Shown: positions 1-10,243 of the stretch, piece after piece
Position numbering within the stretch: the first letter of the stretch is position 1
Layout of the letters: every line of letters starts with the position of its first letter
DNA from: Vitrella brassicaformis CCMP3155
Taxonomy: Eukaryota; Protista; Chromerida
DNA length: 64,000 bases
NCBI GenBank assembly: GCA_001179505.1
Contig: CDMY01000290.1
Coordinates: 68,389 to 132,388, forward strand
Reading direction: 5' to 3'
Notes under the pieces: model-generated
What the model was told of the DNA's origin: nothing
What the model saw: the letters and a program-made list of their open reading frames with translations, nothing else
Database searches by the model: none
Position numbers and translations under genes: made by a program

Positions 1-2220
1 GCGCACCACCACAGAAATGTCGGCACCAGAGAAGCTGCGTACAAGGACGGACGTATGAATGCAATGCCGCAATACAGAATATATTGTCGGTGGATGTGTC
101 TGTACGTACGTGGCAATGTATGTCACTTACCCCTCAGTGCATTCGGCGAGTCGTTGGAAGTCTGCGTCATTGAGGCTGTTGGGCGTCTTGCCCACGTGAA
201 GCTCAAAAATCTGATGCACACACATAGATCGATAGGCCATACATGCGATGCGATCGATGGCTTATCTTCCACTTCCTGGGTCTGGTCTCATCGTCTCGTG
301 TGCACTGCACATTATATGAATGTATATGTGTGTCGTGTCCGTACCCTTTTCCTGGCCCTGACGTCTGGCAGTGGAATGTAAATGCGGCGCTCGAACCTTC
401 GCCGAATGGCCGCGTCCAGCTCCCACGGCACATTCTGCCACAGACACAGACACAGACACAGACCAGCGAACAGACAAACAGACACATCACATGCAGCCAG
501 GTTCAGGCAGACAAGCGACCCTTTCTGTGTGTGCGTACGGTGGCCCCGAGGACCAACACGCCATTGTCGTCCTTGCCGACACCTGATGCATCCATCGATA
601 ATGCATATCGAGATGTGCCGTTCATGTGTCAGTCAGCGTGTCGTGTCGGTGCTGTGGTGTCAGTCAGTCAGTCAGTCTGCTTGCCTTGCATTTGCACGAG
701 GAACTCAGTCTTGATGCGCCGCGATGACTCGCTCTCGCCGTCAGAACCACGACCTGCAGCGCACACCAAGACACAAAGAGATAGAGGCGCATGAATGAAA
801 TGGATGCGTACGCTTGCATGGTGAGCCCACTCCCCTGACCGCTGCACAGTGAGTCGACTTCGTCGATGAATATGATAGACGGCTTGGAGGCACGCGACAT
901 CTCAAACAAAGTGCGAACCAACCTGCAAACACGCGGTGCAGCATTGGTGGTCTGGTCGTTGCCGGCTTGTTGGCTCCTCGCGAATCTCATCTCACCGCTC
1001 GCTTTCGCCCTGCCACTTGCTGACGAGGTCAGAGGATGACACTGACAGACAGGCAGACAAACAGACACCACGCAGCGCACACACACGATGAGGCAGGCAA
1101 CCAATCGTGCGATCGATCGCTCGCTAAGGCACCCACCTGAGAAGAACTGTGCGGATGCCTCGGTGGCGCACGCTTTAGCCAAATAAGACTTGCCCGTGCC
1201 GGGAGGCTGCACACACATTCCAACACATATGCTATGCCACTCACCCAGTGGCCTGGCCATGTGTGTTCGTTGGTGCTTGTTTTGTGCTTACGCCATAGAG
1301 TAGAATTCCCTTCCAGGGTTTTCTGTTGCCCGTGAACAGCTGTGGGAACCTGGTGGGCAGGATGACGGCCTCCTGCAGCGACTCCTTGGCCGACTCCAGA
1401 CCTGATGCGATGCGATGCAGGATGGGATGGTGCGGACACATCCATCCATCCATTCATACAAATGTACGGCGGTGATCTATCTATCGATCGATTGATCGAC
1501 TTCCTTGGTTCCTACCAGCCACATCGTCCCACTTGACGTTCGGCTTCTCCGTCACAATCGCGCCTGACAGACAGACAGACAGACAGACACGCACAGAGGG
1601 ACGCAAACACAATCGATGCAAAAGATGACTGACGGCTGTGCTGCAGTGCACTCGCACGTACTTGTGAGTGCGTTCTTGAGTTTGTCCTTCTCTTCGGCGC
1701 CGTCCTTCTCACCGCTGAAGCCAAGCATGATCCACAGACAGACACAGCAGACAGGACAGGCACATCCATCTCTGGTGTATGTATGTATCTATCGCTGTGT
1801 GTGGATAACTTTGCTGGCTGCCACCGTCCGTACCCCTCCTTGTGGTCCTCCCCGCCAGCGGGCAGCGGTGGCTGTTTGTTTTCACTTTTGGCAGCCAGGT
1901 ACTCCTTGATCTTCTCGGCTCGGGTCACGTACTCCTCCATCTTCTTGTACAGACGCTGCTTCAGCACCTCGTTCGACTGATCTGTGTGGTGGCCATTCAC
2001 ACACACACACACACAGGCAAAGATCTCTCTGCAGTCTGTCTGTCTGTCACTCCTTGTTTGTGAGATGTCGTCTGTGGCGTTGATTACATTTGCATACGAG
2101 TGACCAGTTGTCGAGTGAGAGTTTGTACAGCTCGAGTGCCTCCTCGTACTGGCCATCCTTGTCCTTCTGAGCCGCACTCTGCGCCAGCTCTATCGCGCGA
2201 CGCAGACGCTCGTCCTCCAT
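1..2220 (-). CDS. VPS4: VPS4 AAA+ ATPase (ESCRT-III disassembly), multi-exon, 3' end beyond left edge of window
   Basis: ATG at 2220 starts the MIT domain [39 protein letters not shown]. Later exons give [68 protein letters not shown] (Walker A), [12 protein letters not shown] (Walker B), [36 protein letters not shown] and [11 protein letters not shown] at the window edge. Confidence 0.96.
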
Positions 2221-2478
2221 TGGGCCGCAGATGCTGCCGCTCTCTGTCTACGCCAATTTCCTCTCTGATGCAATCAACTCTCGCTCCTTCGAACTTCGGG
2301 ATTTGCGCGCTCAGGCTCGCAGAAGGGGGAGCGTTTTACGAGCGATCGGCAGCGCTGTGTCGTGGACAAAACGAGATGAATTCACTCGAAGGACTCATCC
2401 CAGGCACTGCTCGCCAGCCGCCTGTACCGCAGCAGAGAGATCTTCATCCATTGTCTGCCCTTCGCCTGATCTCTCGAC

Positions 2479-4041
2479 ATGATGCAGCTGACGACACTGG
2501 TTGCAGGTGCGCATGAGATGCCATCCCATGCATCACGCAGAAAAGAGCGTGGTTTGGTGAGTCATCCCTGTCCGGTCTGTCAGTTGTGGCCCTGGTGATC
2601 CAGACGTCGACTGTCGGTGCAGCGGAGGTGGCCTTCGTCGCTGTCCATGGGCCGCCACTCATGCGCACCCGAGCACAGCACCGCCTTGCGGGTCCGGCTG
2701 TGAGGAGGAGCCAGCCCATGCGTCAGGGGCCCGTCATGATAACAAGCGACAACTTCATCGACAGGGCGTTCAGGCTCGCCCGCAGTGTGATAGGTGGCAC
2801 CGACAGACTCTGCCTGCCGTTGCGCTTTGAGTTAACGTTGTCCCCCCCTGTGATAGGTGGCATTCTCCTACGCATCGAGGACCCAGAAAAGCTCATCGAA
2901 CAGGCCGTCACAGGTAGTCACAGGCACACGCAGTCCGTGGCGGATGCATCAGGGTGACTGACCGCCGTGTGTGGTGTGTCCATCCATCGTCAGACATGCA
3001 GAGTGACCTCGGCCGCATCAAGCAGAGTTATGCGGAGGTGACGTCGACCCAGCGGCGTGGCGAGCGGCAGCGGGAGGCTTTACTGGAGCAGGTGCAGGAG
3101 TGGGAGAGGCGAGCACAGCTCGCCGTCAGCAAGGTGGGTGCGTGTGGCTGCGCTTATGTACGCATCGATGTGCACACGCTAATCGTGTGTGTGTGTGTGT
3201 CTGGATGGCGCAGGGCCGTGATGACATGGCGAGGGAAGCACTGCAGCGCCGCGTTGTGTTGACGACAAAAGTGCAGGGTCTTGACGAGCAACTCCGAGTG
3301 AGTGATCAACGCCGATTTCTCACACAACAAACCACACTTTCCTTCCCGCGTCTTCTTTGCAGATCCAGAAGGAGGCGTTGTTGCAGCTTCGCTCTTCGAT
3401 GAGGACGCTGGAGGGCAAGATTCTGGAGGCCCGCAGCAAGAAGGAGCAGCTCATCGCCCGCGCCCGCACCGCCAAGACGGCTCAGCAGATCCAGGATATG
3501 CTGGGCGGCCTGGGTGCAGTTCCCACATCCCTGCAGGCGTTCGAGAGGATGCGAGAGCGCGTTGAGGCCCTCGAGGCCAAAGTGGAGGTATGCATGATCG
3601 CTGACTAACCTTAGCGTGCTTACCATACGAGAGTGTCTTTGTCTGTGCGTGCGTGTGTGTGTGTGTGTGCAGGTGAGTCGTCAGATGAGTGAGAATGCGG
3701 GCAGCCTCGAGGAGCAGTTCCTGTCGCTGGAGTTTGGGGGTGAGGTTGAGGAGGAGCTCTTGCGGCTTAAGCAGCAGCAGGGCATCATCGACACTACTCC
3801 CCAGGAGCGACAGATACCCATCCAACCGGTCGGTGTGCGGACGGACAGAGGCACGAAAGAGGGTCGGATCCTTCTGCGCGCAGCTCGAACAAACATTGTT
3901 TCTGTCATGTGTGTGTGACGCATGTCATTTCAGCTTCGCTTCTCGTCACCCGAGACAGTGGAGAGAGAACTGATTGAGTTGAAGCGCGCCAAGCCGCCTG
4001 CTGCTGAAGAGGAGCGAGCTCCCACCAGATACACGTCGTGA
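2479..4041 (+). CDS. VIPP1: VIPP1/IM30 (PspA family), plastid-targeted, multi-exon
   Basis: Splicing 2507-2583 gives a signal peptide plus transit peptide (MMQLTTLVAVVALVIQTSTVGAAEVAFV...RRSQPMRQGPV). This is followed by DNFIDRAFRLARSVIG/GILLRIEDPEKLIEQAVT/DMQSDL, WERRAQLAVSK/GRDDMAREALQRR, LEGKILEARSKKEQLIARARTAKT, AFERMRERVEALEAK and SLEEQFLSLE. The extra C-terminal helix VERELIELKRAK is typical of Vipp1. Stop at 4039-4041. Confidence 0.92.
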
Positions 4042-4928
4042 CCTGACGACAAGACACACACACACACAAACACACACACCGTGCTCCAGGACGGCCCTTC
4101 CGTGAAGGCGGCATTCGCGATGCGCAAGAGGGACAAACATACACACGTGGCGGCTGAGGATGTAGGCTTGCTGCCATTTCTGCCACTCATGTATTTTCTG
4201 GTCATTGATCCTTCCGCGTGCTGACTGTAATCCGTTTGTGTGGATGTATGTTCGTATGTTGGTATGTGTGGGTGTGTTTTTTCGGCCCATGTATGTATGT
4301 ATGTATGGTGTGTGTGTGGCGTCCACCGCGGACTTGAGGCAGATAAGTACTGCTGTGCATAGGATAGCATAGCAGAGGATAGCATAGCAGAGGGGGAGAG
4401 GAGAGGAGACCACGTGTCTGTCCGTTTGAATCAGTCAGCTGCCATGGGATTGATCAATACGATCGATATGCACACACACCCCTACACACAAGTGGACACC
4501 AAAACGGCCGACACTCACTCGGGTAAGTCTATACGCACCCGCACACACGAGCCACGTACTGACACAAAACACGCACGAGTCACGAGCAGTGGATGACCGA
4601 TCGCTCAGGGCTGCCTACCCACTCCTACACACCATGCAGAGACACTGACAGAGAGAGATAGCTAGACATCAAGAAAGAGGAGGGAGGCTCGCTAGCATTG
4701 AGACAGGTCAAACCACACCGCCCGCAAACACCGGCACGCCGCAGCCACCAGTCAGTGTGTCGGGTATGCAATCGATCAGTCAGTCAGTCAGTCAGTCAGC
4801 ACGAGGAGCACCTACCTGGCAATCCATTCATCAGTCGAGTCGTCCAATCCACACATCCAATCCACCATTCGAGAGCCCTGAGGTGCTTTGACCTCAGCGC
4901 CACAAACACCCACCCATCCGTCCACCAT

Positions 4929-5927
4929 CTAGTCCTCCGCCGCGGCGGCCACCGCCAGGATGTCCTCGTCCAACTCCACCTGCTCCTTGTCCAGCGCATC
5001 AGGCAGGAACGCGTTGATGATATCAATCAGGTTCTCCTCGAACGAGAAGATCAGCAAGTCCAGCGCCGTCTCGCCAATGTCAATGTGCTTCTGCGTCTGC
5101 TCCGTGAGGAACGACGCCACATTCTCGGGCGCCCACGCGTTGGCGATGATGCCGACTGGGCCGGGGCCGGGCTGGATGGGGACCAGCTCCTTGAACTTTG
5201 CCCTGTCCTGGGGGATGAGGGTCTCGTTGATGGCCTTGACAAAATTATCGATGGGGAACTTGCTGAGAGGCTTGATGTCCACGCCATACACAGGGGACAC
5301 TTTGTCATCGCCATCCTCGTTGGGGAACTTCTCGGCGAGGTCCTCGGTGAGCTTCTCGAGGCGGTAGTTGTTGAGGTTGACCAGCTCCAGCCCCGCCGAC
5401 ACCGTGCCAGCCGTGTCGCTCACATGCTCCAATGCGCTGTCGATGATCTTCTCGGGGTGCAGTGACTCAAGCGTCTTGTCCACTGCCGCACCGACAGCCT
5501 TCGTGGCGACAACATCGACAGCCCCAAGAGCGCCCTTAGCAACGTCGCCGGCGGCGGCGACCTTGCCAGCCGTGTCGCTCACATGCTCCAATGCGCCGTC
5601 GATGATCTTCTCGGGGTGCAGTGACTCAAGCGTCTTGTCCACTGCCGCACCGACAGCCTTCGTGGCGACAACATCGACAGCCCCAAGAGCGCCCTTAGCA
5701 ACGTCGCCGGCGGCGGCGACCTTGCCAGCCGTGTCGCTCACATGCTCCAATGCGCCGTCGATGACCTTCTCGGGGTTCAGTGACTTAAGCGTGGTGTCCA
5801 CTGCCGCACCGACAGTGGCGACACCATCGACAGCCTTGCCGGCGGCATCGAGGAAGTCAGCGACCTCACATTGCGCCACCAGCAAGGCACTGGCGACGAC
5901 GAGCAGCGTCAGCGCCGCACGGGCCAT
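4929..5927 (-). CDS. Intronless secreted acidic protein with 53-aa tandem repeats, unknown function
   Basis: Single ORF from ATG 5927. Signal peptide MARAALTLLVVASALLVAQC, about 2.6 copies of a 53-aa unit, then a unique acidic C-terminal domain. Confidence 0.8.
   Translation of the reverse strand: MARAALTLLVVASALLVAQCEVADFLDAAGKAVDGVATVGAAVDTTLKSLNPEKVIDGALEHVSDTAGKVAAAGDVAKGALGAVDVVATKAVGAAVDKTLESLHPEKIIDGALEHVSDTAGKVAAAGDVAKGALGAVDVVATKAVGAAVDKTLESLHPEKIIDSALEHVSDTAGTVSAGLELVNLNNYRLEKLTEDLAEKFPNEDGDDKVSPVYGVDIKPLSKFPIDNFVKAINETLIPQDRAKFKELVPIQPGPGPVGIIANAWAPENVASFLTEQTQKHIDIGETALDLLIFSFEENLIDIINAFLPDALDKEQVELDEDILAVAAAAED
5403..5815 (-). repeat. Coding tandem repeat, 159-bp unit x ~2.6
   Basis: GCCAGCCGTGTCGCTCACATGCTCCAATGCG recurs at 5406, 5565 and 5724 (period 159). 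It encodes DKTLESLHPEKIIDGALEHVSDTAGKVAAAGDVAKGALGAVDVVATKAVGAAV. Confidence 0.95.
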
Positions 5928-6238
5928 CGCTGAAGAAAGAGATAAATGAATCGATGTGGCGAAGTCGGCGCAGGAGGGGAAGGCTCGCGCTCCTGCGGCG
6001 TCAGGGATGGTCAACAACGTCGTCTTCCTGGCGTTTTGCCGCCTTCCGAAACCCAGCACTGTAGCCCGTACGGGTTTACAAATTTACACATCCCTTCTCA
6101 TTCTGGCACACGTCTCACCCACGCTCTCCCAAGAGAGGGATCAAGCGCAGGAAGGGAGAGGCCGTGGTTTTGCGTGGAGGCGACAAAGTGCCCCTGGCTT
6201 GCCTCTCACTGAGGCTCTTCAGTGTGTGTGTGTCAGTG

Positions 6239-7734
6239 ATGATGAGAGCGGCAGCGTTGATCTGTGCGTGCCTCGTGTCGTCATGCTGGGCACAGCTCCT
6301 CCCGAGAGGCCGGGCTGGGGAGGGTATCCTGGGAGGCCAGAAACGCATCAAAGAGTCCCGGTACGTGTCACTGCCATGCCGCGCATTACTCCCTCTTGGC
6401 TGCATGAGCTGCTGTCCATCTGTCTGTGTGTGCAGGAAGGTTGATATGGCCAAGTGGGGCATGCCAGGAGTGAAGATCGGCATCGACGAGATGATCAAGA
6501 ACGGGCCCACCTTCAACAAGCTCAAGGAGATAGCGGAGCTGCCATCGGACCAGATGTTCGACGCCCTCGCGTCGGAAAGGGGGCAGCGGCTGGTGAGCAG
6601 CCTGTTCGAAAACCTGAGGCCACAGACGGCTGGCGACATCGTCTCGCAGCTCCTCACTCAGACCACACCCGAACAGGCCGAGCAGGTCAGTCAGGCAGGG
6701 CCCTCAGCTGTTGTTTGGGTGCGGCATTTATCCACTGGCTGTGCGCGTGTGCAGATGGTTGAGACGGTGATGGAGAAGCTGGAAGACGAGGAGACGCCCC
6801 AGATGCTGGAGGAGCTCGTCGACAGACTCAACGAGGAACAACTGCAGGACATTGTCGCCACTTTCGTCGAACGGGTGAGTGAGCTCACGGCAAGCACGCA
6901 TCACAGTGCGGCCATCACCCCCCTGTTGTGGCGTTCCGTCAGGTCCCGTCAGAGCCTATAGCCGAGTTCGCCAAGGCGTTGGCATCCATTGATGAGGAGA
7001 AGATCGAGAAGGTCAGTCAGCACGAGCCAGCCAGGGAACACGCATCCTCACCGCATTCGTCACCTCTGTGTGCGCCAATGTGTCGTGTCTGCAGAGCGGT
7101 TTGGATCCCGAGAAGCTGAGGCCCATCTTGGCCAAGCTCCTCGACAGTATCGATGATGAAGACTACAACAAGCTCGCCGGCGCCATCGAGGAGGCCCTCC
7201 CCCCATCCAACCTTGGGGGCGTCCTGGCGGCCACTCTCCCCTCTCTTCAGACCAACTCACTCCTCTTCGAGCGCACTCTGCGCACCATCTTCTCCGCAGA
7301 GGACACACTCGAGCGGTCGGCACCCGCCACGGCTGACGCGGATGAGAGCAAGAATCCGCTAGAGAGGACTCGCAAGATCCTGGAGGAGACGCTGCTGCAG
7401 GCACCGAGCAGCACGGGCAACAAAGTCGTCGCCTTCATCCTTGAGGACTCGAAGCTCGACGCCTTTGCGACACCAGCAGAACGTGAAGAGTTTGTCAAGT
7501 GAGCCAAGAGAGGGAAGAGTGGGGACACAAAAACCGGACTGCACTGATGAGAGCCGTTGTGTGTGTCGCAGGGGGCTGATCGATGACATCCAGACGAAGA
7601 ACAAGACGCTGGCTGGCGAGCTGCGGGAGCTCCTGGACGAGGAGGACACAGACGGCAAGACAGCCAGCATTTTGAGCAAAACGAACAGCACCACGAGCGC
7701 CAGCAACAGCACGGCAAAGGACGAGAAGCGGTAG
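6239..7734 (+). CDS. Secreted acidic alpha-helical protein, multi-exon, unknown function
   Basis: Signal peptide MMRAAALICACLVSSCWAQ. GT-AG introns join helical exons (KVDMAKWGMPG..., MVETVMEKLEDEETPQMLEELVDRL..., SGLDPEKLRPILAKLL..., GLIDDIQTKNK...DEKR*). Confidence 0.75.
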
Positions 7735-8867
7735 CCGAGAAATGCGAAGAGTGTGGGTATCGTACTGGCATGTGTGTGTATGTATGGGATGCATACAATG
7801 AATGCATCGACTGATATAATGAGGCAGTCAGGCCTATAGGCCTCCCGGCCCAGAGATGAGATCCTTCCCTTCCCTCTCCCTTCCCTCTCCCTTCCCTCTC
7901 CCTTCCCTCTCCCTCCCCTCCCCTCCCCCGCTTCATGTCTGCCTCCCCCTGTGAGGGAGTGTGTGTCTCTTGACAGGCAGGGCCGGTTTTACGTGACGTA
8001 CGTGAGCGTTTGTTGATGGGACACATGAGAGTATGTATGTAATCTGCGTCCATGTGTCGTGTCAAGGTCTGTGTATATTTGCTAGCCTGTTTTGGATGGG
8101 AATAAGAGTAGGAGGGAGGGAGGGGTGGTTGATGGGGTGGGTGGTGGAGAGAGAGATGGATGCGCCGGCCCCCAAAGTGGGAGCTAGGTAGAGCATAGCA
8201 CACATTCGATCATTCAGGGCGCATCGACTAAATACTAGGCGTCTATCATTGTGAGGGGATGGCATATGAGTGGGTCCCATGGTGTGTCTTCGTGTGTGTA
8301 CGGATGTATGTATGTGATTGAGTGGGTGTCTTGAGCTGAGCTCGTGTGGATTCCGAATGAATGGACACGACACGTTGCATATATTTTTGTGGATGGATGC
8401 TCATTCGTGTTCATAGCAACAAGAAGCCTTCCTGTCGCTTTCATAGCCATGCACACGTCTGTTGTCCCTAGGCTGCTGCGACATAGCTGCCTACATGTGT
8501 GTGTGTGCTGCCGTGGCCACATCATCACCACACGCACCAACATCTCCAAGCTCGCTAAGTGTGATCGAACTCAAAAGCTGCCCTTGCGGCGTACGAACCG
8601 AGCGGTTCGGATAGGGGACGACGGGCTGATACGCTGGAAAGTTCGGGCAAGAGCGCGTATGCCTGGTGGGCCACAGATTGCTGGGAGAGCGCTCATGCCC
8701 CTCCTCCCGAAGCTGCTCCTCCCATATGAGCCGCAGAGCATAGGCGTCGGCAAGCGGCGCTGGATGCACAATACATGTGAATCGTGGGCAAACGACACAC
8801 CTTGGGTTCCTTGTCCTTGTAGCACACGAGGACGTCCGTGTAGCCATCAACGTCTTCGGGAGGAAGA

Positions 8868-9704
8868 GGGCCCTCTCCACTCGGGCGGGAAACCACGTGG
8901 CGGGCATGGCACGGGGCATTGGCGGTGAAAGGCAGGAGTGCAGCGAAACGTCGCCTCTGCGCCTTTCGATTTTCACGTGAAGCCCTCCCACATCAGCGAG
9001 GCCACTGCAGACAATGTAGATGCCGGACAGCCCGCACATCGGGGGCGGTGCTGGTATGGACAGGCGGAGCGGCCTGGCCGTCCATGGAGTGGAATGAACG
9101 ATCAACAAAGTAACTGAAGCGATGGCAACAGCCACCACAACGACAGCAACCGCTACACCTACACCAACGCCGCACACAGCACACACACAGCACAGCACCG
9201 CAGAGCACAACACGTGAGTGAATGCTTATGTGAATGTGTGTTACCTCAGATGATACCTACTGCGTTCGATGGTCTCAATCGTGCTGTACAAAGAGGCCGG
9301 CGGCTGAAAAGTATGCGTGTGTGATGCGGTCATGTGTCGTAGGTCACCGTGTAGCACATTGAGTGGGCTCTCTCGTGGGGCCGGAAGCAGCTGGGCGGAG
9401 CTGCAGTTGTCGCGAAAACACGGGTCAGTGAAATCTGGACACACGGAACAGGGAAATCAGTGTACGGTGACAGCCACCATGAAGCCTGGCTGGTTCGCCG
9501 ACTATGACGTGGAGTTCATGGACGTGGACGGGTGGCTGTACATGCCATGCCATGTGGACATTGCTTGACGCGATATGAGCAGGGAAAGGGCCCTCTCCAC
9601 TCGGGCGGGGAAACCATGTGGCGGGCATTGGTCGGGGTCAAACACGTCACGGTGAAAGGCAGGAGTTTCGATTTTCACGTGAAGCCCTCCCACTTCAGCG
9701 AGGC
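8868..9704. repeat. Degenerate direct repeat pair (8868-9002 and 9588-9704), possible gene relic
   Basis: Both copies share the blocks GGGCCCTCTCCACTCGGGCGGG, CGGTGAAAGGCAGGAGT and TTCGATTTTCACGTGAAGCCCTCCCAC, separated by indels. No coherent spliced ORF could be built. Confidence 0.7.
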
Positions 9705-10243
9705 TACCATACTTAGACGCTGCGGCTCTGCAGCCTGCTGCACCGTCCTTTGTTGTCGCTCATTGTCGTCGCTCACCAAGAGCTGCAAAGAGGAAAACCA
9801 AGCATAAGATACACCGGATGAATTGCATGATTGAGGGTTGGTCGATTGACTGCCTGTCGTTGCGCATCTACTGAAACAGGAGTGTGTACGAGCACATCTC
9901 GCTCTTCTCTCCGTCTTCTCCCGCCTTCTCTCGCTTGTTGAAACATGATGATGATGAGCCACTCACTGGCCAATCTGCACAATACTTAGAGGCAGGAGCG
10001 AAAGCTGCAAATTGTTCAGCAGCAGATTTTCATCTCGAGGTGCGAGCTGCTATTCGGCCCACTGTAACGACGCATTTTTCCGCTCTCTCCCGTCTTCGAA
10101 GGACAGCCCCTGAAACAGCTTCCGAGGAGCAGGAGCAAGTCCGACGGAGAGACTGTTCTGCGGCGCGGCGTGAGTTGTGATTCTCACCCTCTTCTCGGGG
10201 TGAAGGTGCGTTGAGGAGAGGCAGGTGGCGGCATCGTCTCAGA

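Noticed and set aside
2479-4041. PspA-like gene as a bacterial contaminant or recent horizontal transfer
   Set aside because: It has spliceosomal introns, a bipartite plastid leader and the Vipp1-specific terminal helix, which fit an ordinary nuclear plastid gene.
5403-5815. Regularly spaced repeats as a possible CRISPR array
   Set aside because: These are contiguous in-frame coding repeats with no unique spacers, in a eukaryotic gene, with no cas genes.
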